A stretch of 51,347 nucleotides of DNA, taken from contig CASFQF010000001.1 in the NCBI GenBank assembly GCA_949296635.1, forward strand, positions 1-51,347, written 5' to 3'. This document shows, piece after piece, positions 39,475-48,821 of the stretch. The position numbers were made by a program, and so were the translations under genes. Below the pieces are notes generated by a model. The model had not been told where the DNA came from. It ran no database searches and saw nothing but the letters and a program-made list of their open reading frames with translations. Position 1 is the stretch's first letter. Every line of letters begins with the position of its first letter. Source of the DNA: an uncultured Alistipes sp. (lineage in GTDB: Bacteria > Bacteroidota > Bacteroidia > Bacteroidales > Rikenellaceae).

Positions 39475-39509
39475 TACGGGGACGGCCTTCCGAGAGTGCC
39501 GTCCCCGTA
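39475..39509. terminator. Hairpin between convergent ispE and rpiB
   Basis: 12-bp perfect stem TACGGGGACGGC/GCCGTCCCCGTA. Confidence 0.65.
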
Positions 39510-39529
39510 TTCCGTATTATTCCTGTTTA

Positions 39530-39973
39530 TTATTCCTGCGCCGGCAGGTCTATCTTGGCGATGCGGCGCTCGTGGCGGCCGCCTTCGAACTGTGTCGACA
39601 GGTATTTGTCGACGATGGCCAAAGCCTCGTCGTTCGAAATGAAGCGTGCGGGCAGTACGAGTATGTTGGCGTTGTTGTGCTGCCGTATGAGCTCGGCTAT
39701 TTCGGGCTTCCAGCAGAGGCCCGCGCGGATGCCGCGGTGTTTGTTGAGTGTCATCGACATGCCCTCGCCCGATCCGCAGATGCCTATGCCCTGCGGCAGT
39801 CGGCCGCTCTGTACGGCCTCCGCCAGCGGGTGGGCGAAGTCGGGGTAGTCGACGCTTGCGTCGGAGTCGGTGCCGAAGTCGGTCACCTCGTATCCTTTCG
39901 ACGAGAGGTATCCGACCAGAAACTCTTTCAGATCGTAGCCCGCGTGGTCGCAGGCGATGCCTATGCTTTTCAT
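39530..39973 (-). CDS. rpiB: Ribose-5-phosphate isomerase B
   Basis: IACDHAGY, SVDYPDFA, ICGSG.G, HNNANIL and FEGGRHERR motifs. Start at MKSIG. TACCTTTG at 40025-40032 (minus). Confidence 0.95.
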   Translation of the reverse strand: MKSIGIACDHAGYDLKEFLVGYLSSKGYEVTDFGTDSDASVDYPDFAHPLAEAVQSGRLPQGIGICGSGEGMSMTLNKHRGIRAGLCWKPEIAELIRQHNNANILVLPARFISNDEALAIVDKYLSTQFEGGRHERRIAKIDLPAQE

Positions 39974-40098
39974 CTTTATCGGTATTGGTAGCGCTCTCCG
40001 CCGTGCCGGCGGGGCTGACGGTCGCAAAGGTAGCAAAATTTCGCGGTTTTGGCGCCCGGCGTGCGGCTATTTGGCTGCGAATGGCTAATTTTGCGGCC

Positions 40099-40464
40099 AT
40101 GAAGTCTCTGTTGGCCTTTTTGGGGGTAGTGTCTCTGGCGCTGGGCGTGGCGGGCATATTCCTGCCGCTGCTGCCCACGACGCCTTTCCTGCTGCTTGCG
40201 GCATGGCTCTTCGTGCGCTCGTCGCCGCGACTCTATGCTTGGCTTATGAGCCACCCGCGGTTGGGCGAGTATATCCGCAACTTCCGTGAAAACCGAGCCA
40301 TACCGCTGCGCGTGAAGGTTGTCTCCGTGGCGATGGTGTGGCTCACGATAGGTTTCTGCATCGTGGCCGTAGTCGGGCAGTGGTGGTGGGCACAGGCGGC
40401 GCTGGCGTTGACGGCAGCGGCGATAACGTGGCACATACTCTCCTATGCGACGTTGAAAAAATAG
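40099..40464 (+). CDS. YbaN/DUF454 family inner-membrane protein
   Basis: GIFLPLLPTTPFLLLAA..F.RSSPRL..WL..HP..G motif. Start at 40099 (alternative 40081). Confidence 0.9.
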   Translation: MKSLLAFLGVVSLALGVAGIFLPLLPTTPFLLLAAWLFVRSSPRLYAWLMSHPRLGEYIRNFRENRAIPLRVKVVSVAMVWLTIGFCIVAVVGQWWWAQAALALTAAAITWHILSYATLKK

Positions 40465-40527
40465 GCGGGAACGGATCAGCTCCGTCCCCGCCGTATCCCG
40501 ATGCGCTCTTGCGCCCCTGTCCGGCCT

Positions 40528-40845
40528 TTATCCAAGAAAATGTTTCGATACCGAGATGAGGAATCCCAGAATCACCGCGTTCATGAACATCACGGGTGCA
40601 TAGCGGTTGCCCTTGCCGGCGGAGCAGAGCATGGCGGGGACTGTTATCATCAGCGCCACGGCCGGGCCGTCGGCCCACCACGGCAGGTAGGGGACGTCGC
40701 CGTAGAAGACGAGGATGGCGGCGAAGATGTAGGTGCACAGCGCCGCAAGGCACCAGCGGAACGATACCCCCTTGGTGAACATGGGGATCATGTCCAGAAG
40801 CCCTGCCACCAGACCCGTAACCAGCGTGAGCGTGATGTAGTTCAT
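40528..40845 (-). CDS. Small hypothetical membrane protein
   Basis: Four hydrophobic segments, GLVAGLLDMIPM; directly downstream of typA. Confidence 0.75.
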   Translation of the reverse strand: MNYITLTLVTGLVAGLLDMIPMFTKGVSFRWCLAALCTYIFAAILVFYGDVPYLPWWADGPAVALMITVPAMLCSAGKGNRYAPVMFMNAVILGFLISVSKHFLG

Positions 40846-40866
40846 CGTTCGTGAGATTTTTGTCCG

Positions 40867-42666
40867 TTACTTCGCCGCGCGCTTGCGGTCCACCTCGTTG
40901 AGGAGGATCTTGCGCAGGCGCATAGCCTTGGGTGTGACCTCGACGTACTCGTCGGCCTTGATGTACTCGAGCGCCTCCTCGAGCGAGAAGACCTTGGGCG
41001 GCACGATCACGGCCTTGTCGTCCGAACCCGAGGCGCGCATGTTGGTCAGCTGCTTGGCTTTGGTGACGTTGATGGTGATGTCGCCGGCGCGGGTGCTCTC
41101 ACCCACGACCTGCCCGCAGTATACCTCGTCCATGGGCGAGATGAAGAAGCGGCCGCGGTCCTGCAGCTTGTCTATGGCATAGGCGTAGGCGGTACCCGTC
41201 TCCGAGGCTATGAGCGAGCCGTTGGTGCGCATCTCTATCTCGCCCATCCACGGCTCGAAATCCTTGAGGCGGTGTGTCATGATGGCTTCGCCCGCCGTGG
41301 CGGTGAGCATTATCGAGCGCAGGCCGATGATGCCGCGTGACGGTATTAGGAATTCCATGCGGGTGCGTTCGCCGTCGGACTGCATGTCGGTCATGTTGCC
41401 CTTGCGTTTTGTGACCATCTCGATGACGGTGCCGGCATACTCGTCGGGGCAGTCGACCGTCATCTCCTCGACCGGTTCGCACTTGACGCCGTCGATCTCC
41501 TTGATTATGACCTTGGGCTGTCCCACCTGAAGCTCGTATCCTTCGCGGCGCATGGTCTCGATGAGGACCGAGAGGTGCAGCACGCCGCGGCCGTATACGA
41601 TGAACGAGTCGGCGTTCTGCCCGGGCTCCACGCGCAGGGCGAGGTTTTTCTCCAGCTCGCGGTCGAGGCGCTCCTTAATGTGGCGCGAAGTGACGTACTT
41701 GCCGTCGCGGCCGAAGAAGGGCGAGTTGTTTATGGTGAAGAGCATCGACATGGTCGGCTCGTCGATGGCGATTGGCGGCAGCGGCTCGGGATTCTCGTAG
41801 TCGCAGACCGTGTCGCCGATCTCGAAGCCTTCGAGTCCCACGATGGCGCATATTTCGCCGCACTCCACCTTGTCGACCTTCGTCTTGCCCAGACCCTCGA
41901 ATACCATCAGCTCCTTGATGCGCTGCTTGAGCATGGTGGTGCCGTCGCGCTTGGCGAGGGTTATGTTCTCGCCGGCGTGCAGCTCGCCGCGCGTGATCTT
42001 GCCCACGGCGATACGTCCCACATAGGGCGAATACTCGAGCGACGTGATGAGCATCTGGGGTGTACCCTCGATCTCGGCCGGTGCGGGGATCTCGTCTATG
42101 ATGGTATCGAGCAGCGGTGTGATCGAATCGGTCGGCTGGTTCCACACGTGCGACATCCAGCCCTGTTTGGCAGAGCCGTAAATGGTTTTGTAGTCCAGCT
42201 GCTCCTCCGTGGCGCCGAGCGAGAACATCAGGTCGAAGACCTGTTCGTTCACCGCTTCGGGCCGGCAGTTGGGCTTGTCGACCTTGTTTATCACCACGAC
42301 GGGTTTCTTGCCCAGCGAGAGGGCCTTCTGCAGTACGAAGCGTGTCTGCGGCATTGTGCCCTCGAAGGCATCGACCAGCAGCAGCACGCCGTCGCACATG
42401 TTGAGCACGCGCTCCACCTCGCCGCCGAAGTCGGCGTGACCCGGGGTGTCTATGATGTTGATCTTGTAATCCTTGTATTTCACCGACACGTTCTTCGACA
42501 GGATGGTGATGCCGCGCTCACGCTCCAGATCGTTGTTGTCCATGATCAGGTCGCCGGTGTTGTTGTCCGTACGCAACAGGTGTCCCGCCACGATCATTTT
42601 GTCCACGAGCGTGGTCTTTCCGTGGTCTACGTGCGCTATGATAGCTATGTTGCGAAGTTTTTGCAT
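40867..42666 (-). CDS. typA: Translational GTPase TypA/BipA
   Basis: [50 protein letters not shown] and [10 protein letters not shown] motifs. TAACTTTG at 42687-42694. Confidence 0.97.
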   Translation of the reverse strand: MQKLRNIAIIAHVDHGKTTLVDKMIVAGHLLRTDNNTGDLIMDNNDLERERGITILSKNVSVKYKDYKINIIDTPGHADFGGEVERVLNMCDGVLLLVDAFEGTMPQTRFVLQKALSLGKKPVVVINKVDKPNCRPEAVNEQVFDLMFSLGATEEQLDYKTIYGSAKQGWMSHVWNQPTDSITPLLDTIIDEIPAPAEIEGTPQMLITSLEYSPYVGRIAVGKITRGELHAGENITLAKRDGTTMLKQRIKELMVFEGLGKTKVDKVECGEICAIVGLEGFEIGDTVCDYENPEPLPPIAIDEPTMSMLFTINNSPFFGRDGKYVTSRHIKERLDRELEKNLALRVEPGQNADSFIVYGRGVLHLSVLIETMRREGYELQVGQPKVIIKEIDGVKCEPVEEMTVDCPDEYAGTVIEMVTKRKGNMTDMQSDGERTRMEFLIPSRGIIGLRSIMLTATAGEAIMTHRLKDFEPWMGEIEMRTNGSLIASETGTAYAYAIDKLQDRGRFFISPMDEVYCGQVVGESTRAGDITINVTKAKQLTNMRASGSDDKAVIVPPKVFSLEEALEYIKADEYVEVTPKAMRLRKILLNEVDRKRAAK

Positions 42667-42749
42667 AGTAATTGAAATTAACGCCGCAAAGTTAATAATT
42701 AATCATAAAAATGCGTTATTTTTGTTCTCCTATTCAACGGGTGACCAAT

Positions 42750-43766
42750 ATGGATTACAGCATAAAAATCAAGGATCGCAGCGAGGTTGTCATAGGCAGC
42801 GCGGGCGATCTGCTTCCGCGCCTGCTGCCCGACAAGAGGGTCGTGGTGGTATCCGACACGAACATCGACCGCCACTACCATTCGCTCGTGAACCGTTACG
42901 ACCATGTGCTCATAGGCCTTGGCGAGGCGAGCAAGACGCTGGTTACGGCGGACGCCATATACAAGAAGTTCATCGCGATGGGGGTCGACCGCTCGACCTT
43001 TGTGCTGGCCATAGGCGGCGGCATCGTCACCGACGTGGCGGGTTTCGTCGCCTCGACATACATGCGGGGCGTAGAGTTCGGCTTCGTCTCGACGTCGCTG
43101 CTCGGGCAGGTCGACGCCAGCGTCGGCGGCAAGAACGGCGTCAATGTCGACGGCTACAAGAACATGGTCGGGACCTTCACACAGCCGCGCTTCGTGGTCT
43201 GCGACGTTAACATGCTGCGCACGCTGCCCGAGCGCGAACTGCGTACGGGTATGGCCGAGATGATCAAGGCGGGCATAATCGCCGACGGGGAGCTCTTCTC
43301 GATATTGGAGCGCACGCCGCTGGCGGAGCTGGCGAAAAATCCGGAAATGTTGGGCGAGGTGGTATATCGCGCAATCAAGGTGAAGGCCGACATCGTCGAG
43401 CGCGACGAGCGCGAGCATGGCGACCGCCGCAAGCTCAACCTCGGCCACACGCTGGCGCATGCCATCGAGAAATCGTCGTCGAAGATGAACCACGGCGAGG
43501 CCGTGGCCGCAGGGCTGGCATTGATAGCCGATGCGGCCGTGCGCAAGGGGCTGCTTCAGGCCGCCGACAAGGACCGCATATGCAGCCTGCTGCAGCGTAC
43601 GGGCTTCGACCTGACGCCGCCGGCAGCGATGCGCGTGCTGCTCAAGGCCGTATCCAAGGACAAGAAGAGCGAAGGAGACATGCTGCACGTGGTATTCCCC
43701 ACGGCGATAGGCGCCTGCGAGGTCGTCCCCATGCCGCTGGAGGAGTTCCGCGCGCTGTTCTCGTGA
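42750..43766 (+). CDS. aroB: 3-dehydroquinate synthase
   Basis: GGGIVTDVAGFVASTYMRG, QVDASVGGKNG, LNLGHTLAHAIE and HGEAVA motifs. Start at MDYSI. TATTTTTG at 42717-42724. Confidence 0.95.
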   Translation: MDYSIKIKDRSEVVIGSAGDLLPRLLPDKRVVVVSDTNIDRHYHSLVNRYDHVLIGLGEASKTLVTADAIYKKFIAMGVDRSTFVLAIGGGIVTDVAGFVASTYMRGVEFGFVSTSLLGQVDASVGGKNGVNVDGYKNMVGTFTQPRFVVCDVNMLRTLPERELRTGMAEMIKAGIIADGELFSILERTPLAELAKNPEMLGEVVYRAIKVKADIVERDEREHGDRRKLNLGHTLAHAIEKSSSKMNHGEAVAAGLALIADAAVRKGLLQAADKDRICSLLQRTGFDLTPPAAMRVLLKAVSKDKKSEGDMLHVVFPTAIGACEVVPMPLEEFRALFS

Positions 43767-43797
43767 CGCGGGGCGGTATAACGGAATGCATGTAAGG

Positions 43798-43835
43798 GAG
43801 AGAGGCGATCCGGAACAATCCGGATCGCCTCTCTC
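43798..43835. terminator. Hairpin between convergent aroB and metallophosphoesterase
   Basis: 17-bp perfect inverted repeat GAGAGAGGCGATCCGGA/TCCGGATCGCCTCTCTC. Confidence 0.75.
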
Positions 43836-43856
43836 GTGTGCGGTATTGCCGCCGCG

Positions 43857-44990
43857 CTATCTCTTTATTGAGTCTATCGTGATGTCGAATCTGTCGCAGT
43901 CGTCCGTACGCCATGCCATGTGGGCCGTGCGCTTCGAGATGGCGAACAGCGGAGAGAAGGTGCGCACCGAGATGGTCTTGCCGTCGGGCATGAACTCCAG
44001 AATTCGGAGCCAGCAGTCGCCGCCGTTGCCGTTCCAGTCGCCGTCGCCGTTCTGCGAGTTGAACATCATCTGCGGGATGTCGCGGCCGTCGGCGGCCTTG
44101 TCCACGCGCAGCGCCGAGGTCGAACTGTAACCTATCGTGCCGTCTGCGGCGAATTTCGGGGGTGCCCCCGTGTGGCCGCACAGCACGAGGCATATGTTCT
44201 TCGACGGGTATATGAGTTTGTCCCACACGGCCTGCGCCCAGTTGCGGGGCGTGAGCTTGTAGCCCTCCTTCTCGATACGGCTGCCGTCGGTGGCGAGGAA
44301 CGAGTGGGTGAGGATTATGACGCGGTGGTTGCGGTACGGCTCCGATTCTATGAGCTGCCGTGCCCACTCGAGGGCCTCGTCGCGCGGGGCGAACTCGAAG
44401 GCTATGACGAGCAGGTCGCCCCACGCCTCGTCGTGGAACTCGTAGGCGGCGTTCTCCATCGTGTGCAGCCCCTGATTGTTGGCCGCTGTCGAGACGAGCG
44501 TCGCGGCGAAGGCGGGGTTGCGTTCGGGGTATATGTAGTCGGGCATATTCGAAAGCCGGTGCTCGGCGGCGATATACCCTGTGTCGTGGTTGCCTTGGCA
44601 TACGATATACGGCAGTTTGCCGTCGAGGCGCGCAAGGGCGTTCGACACCGCCTGCCACTGCTGGCGCGAGGTGCGGTCACCGTTGTTCGGGTTGGGTATG
44701 CCTGCGGCGATGAGCTTGTTGTTCTGCTCGACCATGTCGCCCGTGAAGAGGGCGGCGCGTATGTTCAAACGGTCGATGTTCTGTGCGATCCATGCCGTCT
44801 GCAGCTCGAAGAGCGGCTGGTTGGCCGCGAACTTCACATAGCTCTGCGGGTCGGGCACCATGATCATCGTGAAGGAACTCCCGTCCTGCAGCGCGGGATA
44901 GACGGGTATCTGTGGCGCACCCGTGGGGGCCTGAGCCGCGGCCGTCGCGGCCGCCGCCAGCAGCAGGAGAATGGTTGCAATGCGTTTCAT
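43857..44990 (-). CDS. Secreted calcineurin-like metallophosphoesterase
   Basis: Signal peptide; PDPQ, TGDMV, GNHD, ILTH and LCGH metal-binding motifs. Confidence 0.87.
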   Translation of the reverse strand: MKRIATILLLLAAAATAAAQAPTGAPQIPVYPALQDGSSFTMIMVPDPQSYVKFAANQPLFELQTAWIAQNIDRLNIRAALFTGDMVEQNNKLIAAGIPNPNNGDRTSRQQWQAVSNALARLDGKLPYIVCQGNHDTGYIAAEHRLSNMPDYIYPERNPAFAATLVSTAANNQGLHTMENAAYEFHDEAWGDLLVIAFEFAPRDEALEWARQLIESEPYRNHRVIILTHSFLATDGSRIEKEGYKLTPRNWAQAVWDKLIYPSKNICLVLCGHTGAPPKFAADGTIGYSSTSALRVDKAADGRDIPQMMFNSQNGDGDWNGNGGDCWLRILEFMPDGKTISVRTFSPLFAISKRTAHMAWRTDDCDRFDITIDSIKR

Positions 44991-45068
44991 CGGTTCGGGT
45001 ATTTTTGAGGTTTCGGTTTTGTTGGCAGTCGTTCCGTCGTTCCGGCGGCATCCGCACGTATTAAAACT

Positions 45069-46082
45069 TTAAAAAAGCGTGTTTTCGCCGCTGTCGGGCA
45101 TGAGGCCCATATGGCGGTATGCGAGTTCGGTGGCTTCGCGCCCGCGGGGCGTACGCTTGATGAAGCCCTCCTTTATAAGGAACGGCTCGTATACATCCTC
45201 TATGGTGCCGGCCTCCTCGCCTACGGCCGTGGCTATGGTGTTCAGTCCTACGGGGCCGCCCTTGAACTTCTCGATTATGGTGCTCAGGATGCGGTTGTCC
45301 ATGCGGTCGAGGCCGCGCGAGTCGATATTCAGTGCCGTGAGGGCTATGCGTGTGATCTCAAGGTCGATATGGCCCTCGCCCTTGACCATGGCGAAGTCGC
45401 GCACGCGCCGCAGCAGGGCGTTTGCGATACGTGGCGTGCCGCGCGAGCGCAGCGCCACCTCCGTGGCGGCATCGTCGTCGATCGAGATGTCGAGGATTCG
45501 GGCCGAGCGTTTCACTATGCGTGCGAGCACCGCGGCGTCGTAATACTCCAGATGGCACTGTATGCCGAAACGCGCGCGCAGGGGCGACGTAAGCAGGCCG
45601 CTGCGGGTTGTGGCGCCGACAAGGGTGAAGGGTGCCAGCTCGATCTGTATCGAGCGGGCCGAGGGGCCCTTGTCGAGGACGATGTCTATCTTGTAGTCCT
45701 CCATGGCCGAGTACAGGTACTCCTCGACGATTGGGCTCAGACGGTGGATCTCGTCGATGAAGAGCACGTCGCCGGCGTTGAGGTTCGTGAGCAGGCCGGC
45801 CAGATCGCCCGGTTTGTCGAGTACGGGGCCCGAGGTGACCTTGAGCTGCGCCCCCATCTCGTGTGCAATGATGTTGGCGAGGGTTGTCTTGCCCAGACCC
45901 GGGGGGCCGTGCAGCAGTACGTGGTCGAGGGAGTCGCCGCGCATGAGCGCCGCCTTGATGAAGACCTTGAGGTTGTCGACGATCTTGTCCTGCCCCGAGA
46001 ATGCCGCCAGATCCTGCGGCCGGATACGGTTTTCGAACTCCAGATCGCTCTCTATGTTTCGCATGTTTCTGTCTGTACCCAT
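45069..46082 (-). CDS. ruvB: Holliday junction branch migration helicase
   Basis: [36 protein letters not shown] and EPFLI..RTPRGR motifs. Confidence 0.97.
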   Translation of the reverse strand: MGTDRNMRNIESDLEFENRIRPQDLAAFSGQDKIVDNLKVFIKAALMRGDSLDHVLLHGPPGLGKTTLANIIAHEMGAQLKVTSGPVLDKPGDLAGLLTNLNAGDVLFIDEIHRLSPIVEEYLYSAMEDYKIDIVLDKGPSARSIQIELAPFTLVGATTRSGLLTSPLRARFGIQCHLEYYDAAVLARIVKRSARILDISIDDDAATEVALRSRGTPRIANALLRRVRDFAMVKGEGHIDLEITRIALTALNIDSRGLDRMDNRILSTIIEKFKGGPVGLNTIATAVGEEAGTIEDVYEPFLIKEGFIKRTPRGREATELAYRHMGLMPDSGENTLF

Positions 46083-46149
46083 GGTAGTAACGGTGGAAGC
46101 CGCCTCCCGCCGCGGCAGTTATACCGTGCCGTGTGGGATGGCTCGGGTA

Positions 46150-46288
46150 CAAATATACGAAAAGGCGAGGGCATAATCAAATCGGAAACTTTGTTTTCGG
46201 ATTTGATTATGCCGTATATTATCCAAGTATAGCGAAAGGCGAGGGCGGAAGCGAATCGAAAACTTTGTTTTCGGATTTGATTATGACG
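46150..46288. repeat. Two direct copies (74-nt period) of a ~65-nt palindromic REP-like element
   Basis: Copies at 46150-46214 and 46224-46288 share AAAGGCGAGGGC and AAACTTTGTTTTCGGATTTGATTATG. Copy 1 has a 14-bp internal inverted repeat. Confidence 0.85.
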
Positions 46289-46461
46289 GGCCGCATCCTG
46301 ATATTATTCAAATACGGGAGAAACAGGGCGCAGTTACGGGTGGAAGAATTACGGGTTTCGTGCCGGCCTGTGCCGGGACCTTATGTCCGTGCGGTGCCGG
46401 CACGGATGTATGGGTTGTGCAGGGGAATGCGGCGCGCGCCGAAAAGAAATATTTTTCACAC

Positions 46462-46499
46462 CGATTTTGTCATTCGTAATGATAAAATCGTTATCTTTG
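46462..46499 (+). promoter_or_regulatory. Promoter (-33 TTTG / -7 TATCTTTG) overlapped by a 13-3-13 palindrome
   Basis: CGATTTTGTCATT-CGT-AATGATAAAATCG (1 mismatch). TTTG at 46466-46469 and TATCTTTG at 46492-46499. Confidence 0.55.
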
Positions 46500-46653
46500 A
46501 AAAATTAAAGGTGTGGGCAGATATATGCTCGGAGGGGTGTTGCGGGCGCCTTGCGCACGGCATCCGGCCGTATTGCGGCATGATGGCGGCGGGGTGCCGC
46601 TGCTGCCGGCATCTTTGGATGCATAAGTGGAACCTGCCCCCCCCCGAATAACG

Positions 46654-46676
46654 AAAAAAGAGGGCATAAAGCCCTC
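46654..46676 (-). terminator. Terminator after tRNA-Arg
   Basis: Minus strand reads GAGGGC-TTTAT-GCCCTC-TTTTTT. Confidence 0.8.
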
Positions 46677-46683
46677 CGCCGTG

Positions 46684-46755
46684 TAGCCTCGAAAGGATTC
46701 GAACCTTCATCGTAAGAACCGGAATCTTAAATTCTATCCATTGAACTACGAGGCC
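46684..46755 (-). tRNA. tRNA-Arg (anticodon CCG)
   Basis: Cloverleaf: acceptor GGCCTCG/CGAGGCT, D arm GTTC..GAAT, anticodon arm TAAGA-TTCCGGT-TCTTA, T arm GAAGG-TTCGAAT-CCTTT. CCA is not encoded. Confidence 0.96.
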
Positions 46756-46786
46756 GCAGGTGCAAAGATGCGAAAAAAAAATTTAT

Positions 46787-47416
46787 ATGACAAATAAAAA
46801 TGAAAATTGGGAGCGTTTGGAGTGCGTGATACGCTGGGCGAACATGACCATAAACTATTTCGGTCGTTACATCGGGCTGTCGCGTTCGGAGAACCTCTAC
46901 CAGATAAAGGCCGGCAAGAACGGCATATCGCAGAATCTTGCACGCCGCATCACGGGCAAGTTCCCCGAGATCAGCCTCGCGTGGCTGCTCACGGGCGAGG
47001 GCGAGATGCTGGTGAGTGACGTATCGTCGGGACAGATCCCCTTTTTCGATGTTGACGTGCAGGGGCGGTCGGTGCGGCGCCTGTCGGAGATGACGCCCGA
47101 GTGCGGTATGGTGATACCCATGATGGAGGATTGCGACTGCGCCATGCGCAGCTACGATACGGCCATGAGCGCCGAGATTATGCCGGGAACGATCGTATTC
47201 TTGAAAAAAACGGCTGTCGGGGCGATTATTCCCGGGGGGACATATGTCATCGGCAGTCAAAATTATATACTTTTGCGTAAGGTGCGTATCGCCGACGACG
47301 CGGGGCGGCAGGTACTGATGCTCGAGGCGGCGAACGCCGGTTTCGACAGCGTGCGCATCGCCGTCGAGGATGTGGAGTGCGTATACCGTGTGGTAGGGCA
47401 GCTGCGCATCTGCTGA
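46787..47416 (+). CDS. CI/LexA-like transcriptional regulator (HTH plus S24-like C-terminal domain)
   Basis: N-terminal HTH ending ISLAWLLTGEGEM, IPFFDVD linker, and S24-like beta domain (M.AEIMPG.IVFLK...L.A.N..FD). Start at MTNKN. Confidence 0.8.
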   Translation: MTNKNENWERLECVIRWANMTINYFGRYIGLSRSENLYQIKAGKNGISQNLARRITGKFPEISLAWLLTGEGEMLVSDVSSGQIPFFDVDVQGRSVRRLSEMTPECGMVIPMMEDCDCAMRSYDTAMSAEIMPGTIVFLKKTAVGAIIPGGTYVIGSQNYILLRKVRIADDAGRQVLMLEAANAGFDSVRIAVEDVECVYRVVGQLRIC

Positions 47417-47453
47417 CGCCGTACGTGCGGGCCGGAGAGGCCGCTGTGGACGA

Positions 47454-47652
47454 CAGCCCGTAAAAGAATGGTTGCTGGGCGTGTACAGGCCGGCAGCCCG
47501 GAAAAGGAGGCGCGGGGTATGTACAGGCCGGCAATCCGGAAAAGGAGGCGCGGGGTATGTGCAGGCCGGCAGTCCGGAAAAGGAGGCGCGGGGTATGTGC
47601 AGGCCGGCAGTCCGGAAAAGGATGGTTACGGGGCGTACAGGCCGGCAGCCCG
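47454..47652. repeat. 38-bp tandem repeat (4 full copies plus partial copies at both ends)
   Basis: Units start at 47483, 47521, 47559, 47597 and 47635 (partial). Consensus GTRCAGGCCGGCAGYCCGGAAAAGGAGGCGCGGGGTAT. No unique spacers. Confidence 0.92.
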
Positions 47653-47706
47653 AGAGGAAACGGCGGACGGAAGAAGAAAAGATTTGAAAACATAAAAGTT
47701 GCAGTT

Positions 47707-48756
47707 ATGATGACTATAAAAACAAAGGAGAGCGCATCGTTGCTGCTGGCGCTGGCGGCTACGGTTATCGTGGCGGCAGTGATGGCATGGTGCGGTATTG
47801 TATGGTGGATGGTCGTGTGCGTATCGGTTGTGGTGTTCGCGCTGCTGGCCCTCTTTTCGCTCTATACGATACGGTCGTATGTGGCATACAAGCTCAAGCC
47901 GATATATTCGATCGTCTTTTCGCGTGACGTGCACACCACCGAGATAGCCGACGAACTCAAGGACAAGCATGTGGAGAAGATCTCGGAGGAGCTCACGGCA
48001 TGGGCCGACGACAACGACAAGGAGATTGCCCGCCTGAAGCAGACGGAGAAGTTCCGCAAGCAGTATCTGGGCAATGTGGCGCACGAACTGAAAACCCCGA
48101 TCTTCAATATCCAAGGTTATATCTCGACGCTGCTCGACGGCGGTCTGGAGGACGAGCTCATCAACCGCAAGTACCTCGAACGCGCCGAGAAGAGCATCGA
48201 CCGCCTGATCAACATAGTGAACGATCTGGATACCATCTCGAAACTCGAGAGCGACATGAACCGCCTGAAGAACGACAAGTTCGACATCGTGGCCCTTGCG
48301 AAGGAGATCGCCGACCAGCTGGAGATCGAGGCGGCCAAGCGCAAGATACGCATCTCGGTCAAGGGTGCGGATTACCTGCCTTCGCCCTTCTGGGTGACGG
48401 CCGACAAGCACTATGTGGGACAGGTGCTGGTGAACCTTATCATCAACTCGATACACTACGGCAAGGAGGGCGGATCGACACGTATCAAGTTCCGCGACAT
48501 GATGGACAAGATTCTGGTCGAGGTGGAGGATACGGGCGTGGGTATCGGCAAGGATGACATACCCCGCATCTTCGAGCGTTTCTACCGTGTCGACAAGGGC
48601 CGTTCGCGCGAGCAGGGCGGCACGGGTCTGGGCCTTGCCATTGTAAAGCACATAATCGAGGCGCACGGCGAACGCATCAACGTGCGCAGCGAGCTGGGCG
48701 TGGGCACGACCTTCGCCTTCACACTCAAGAAGGCGCAGTCGCCCGCGGAGAAGTGA
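47707..48756 (+). CDS. Two-component sensor histidine kinase (PhoR-like)
   Basis: Two N-terminal TM helices; H-box [10 protein letters not shown]-box [30 protein letters not shown] and [12 protein letters not shown]. Confidence 0.93.
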   Translation: MMTIKTKESASLLLALAATVIVAAVMAWCGIVWWMVVCVSVVVFALLALFSLYTIRSYVAYKLKPIYSIVFSRDVHTTEIADELKDKHVEKISEELTAWADDNDKEIARLKQTEKFRKQYLGNVAHELKTPIFNIQGYISTLLDGGLEDELINRKYLERAEKSIDRLINIVNDLDTISKLESDMNRLKNDKFDIVALAKEIADQLEIEAAKRKIRISVKGADYLPSPFWVTADKHYVGQVLVNLIINSIHYGKEGGSTRIKFRDMMDKILVEVEDTGVGIGKDDIPRIFERFYRVDKGRSREQGGTGLGLAIVKHIIEAHGERINVRSELGVGTTFAFTLKKAQSPAEK

Positions 48757-48821
48757 TGCGCGCGCATAAACGCAGCCTCTGCGGCAAATGGTGGCGCAGA
48801 GCTAACCCCGACAGCCGATAA

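Noticed and set aside
46637-46645. C9 homopolymer as a phase-variation tract
   Set aside because: It is intergenic and not between promoter elements or within a supported CDS.
46684-47416. Prophage or integrative element at tRNA-Arg
   Set aside because: No integrase and no duplicated tRNA 3' end (att) seen. Core genes lie on both sides.
47454-47652. Possible CRISPR array
   Set aside because: Units are contiguous near-identical 38-mers with no unique spacers, and there are no cas genes. It is a tandem repeat.
47557-47706. N-terminal extension of the histidine kinase through the repeats
   Set aside because: It is an artefact of an open frame across the VNTR. The A-rich leader and TM helix support a start at 47707/47710.
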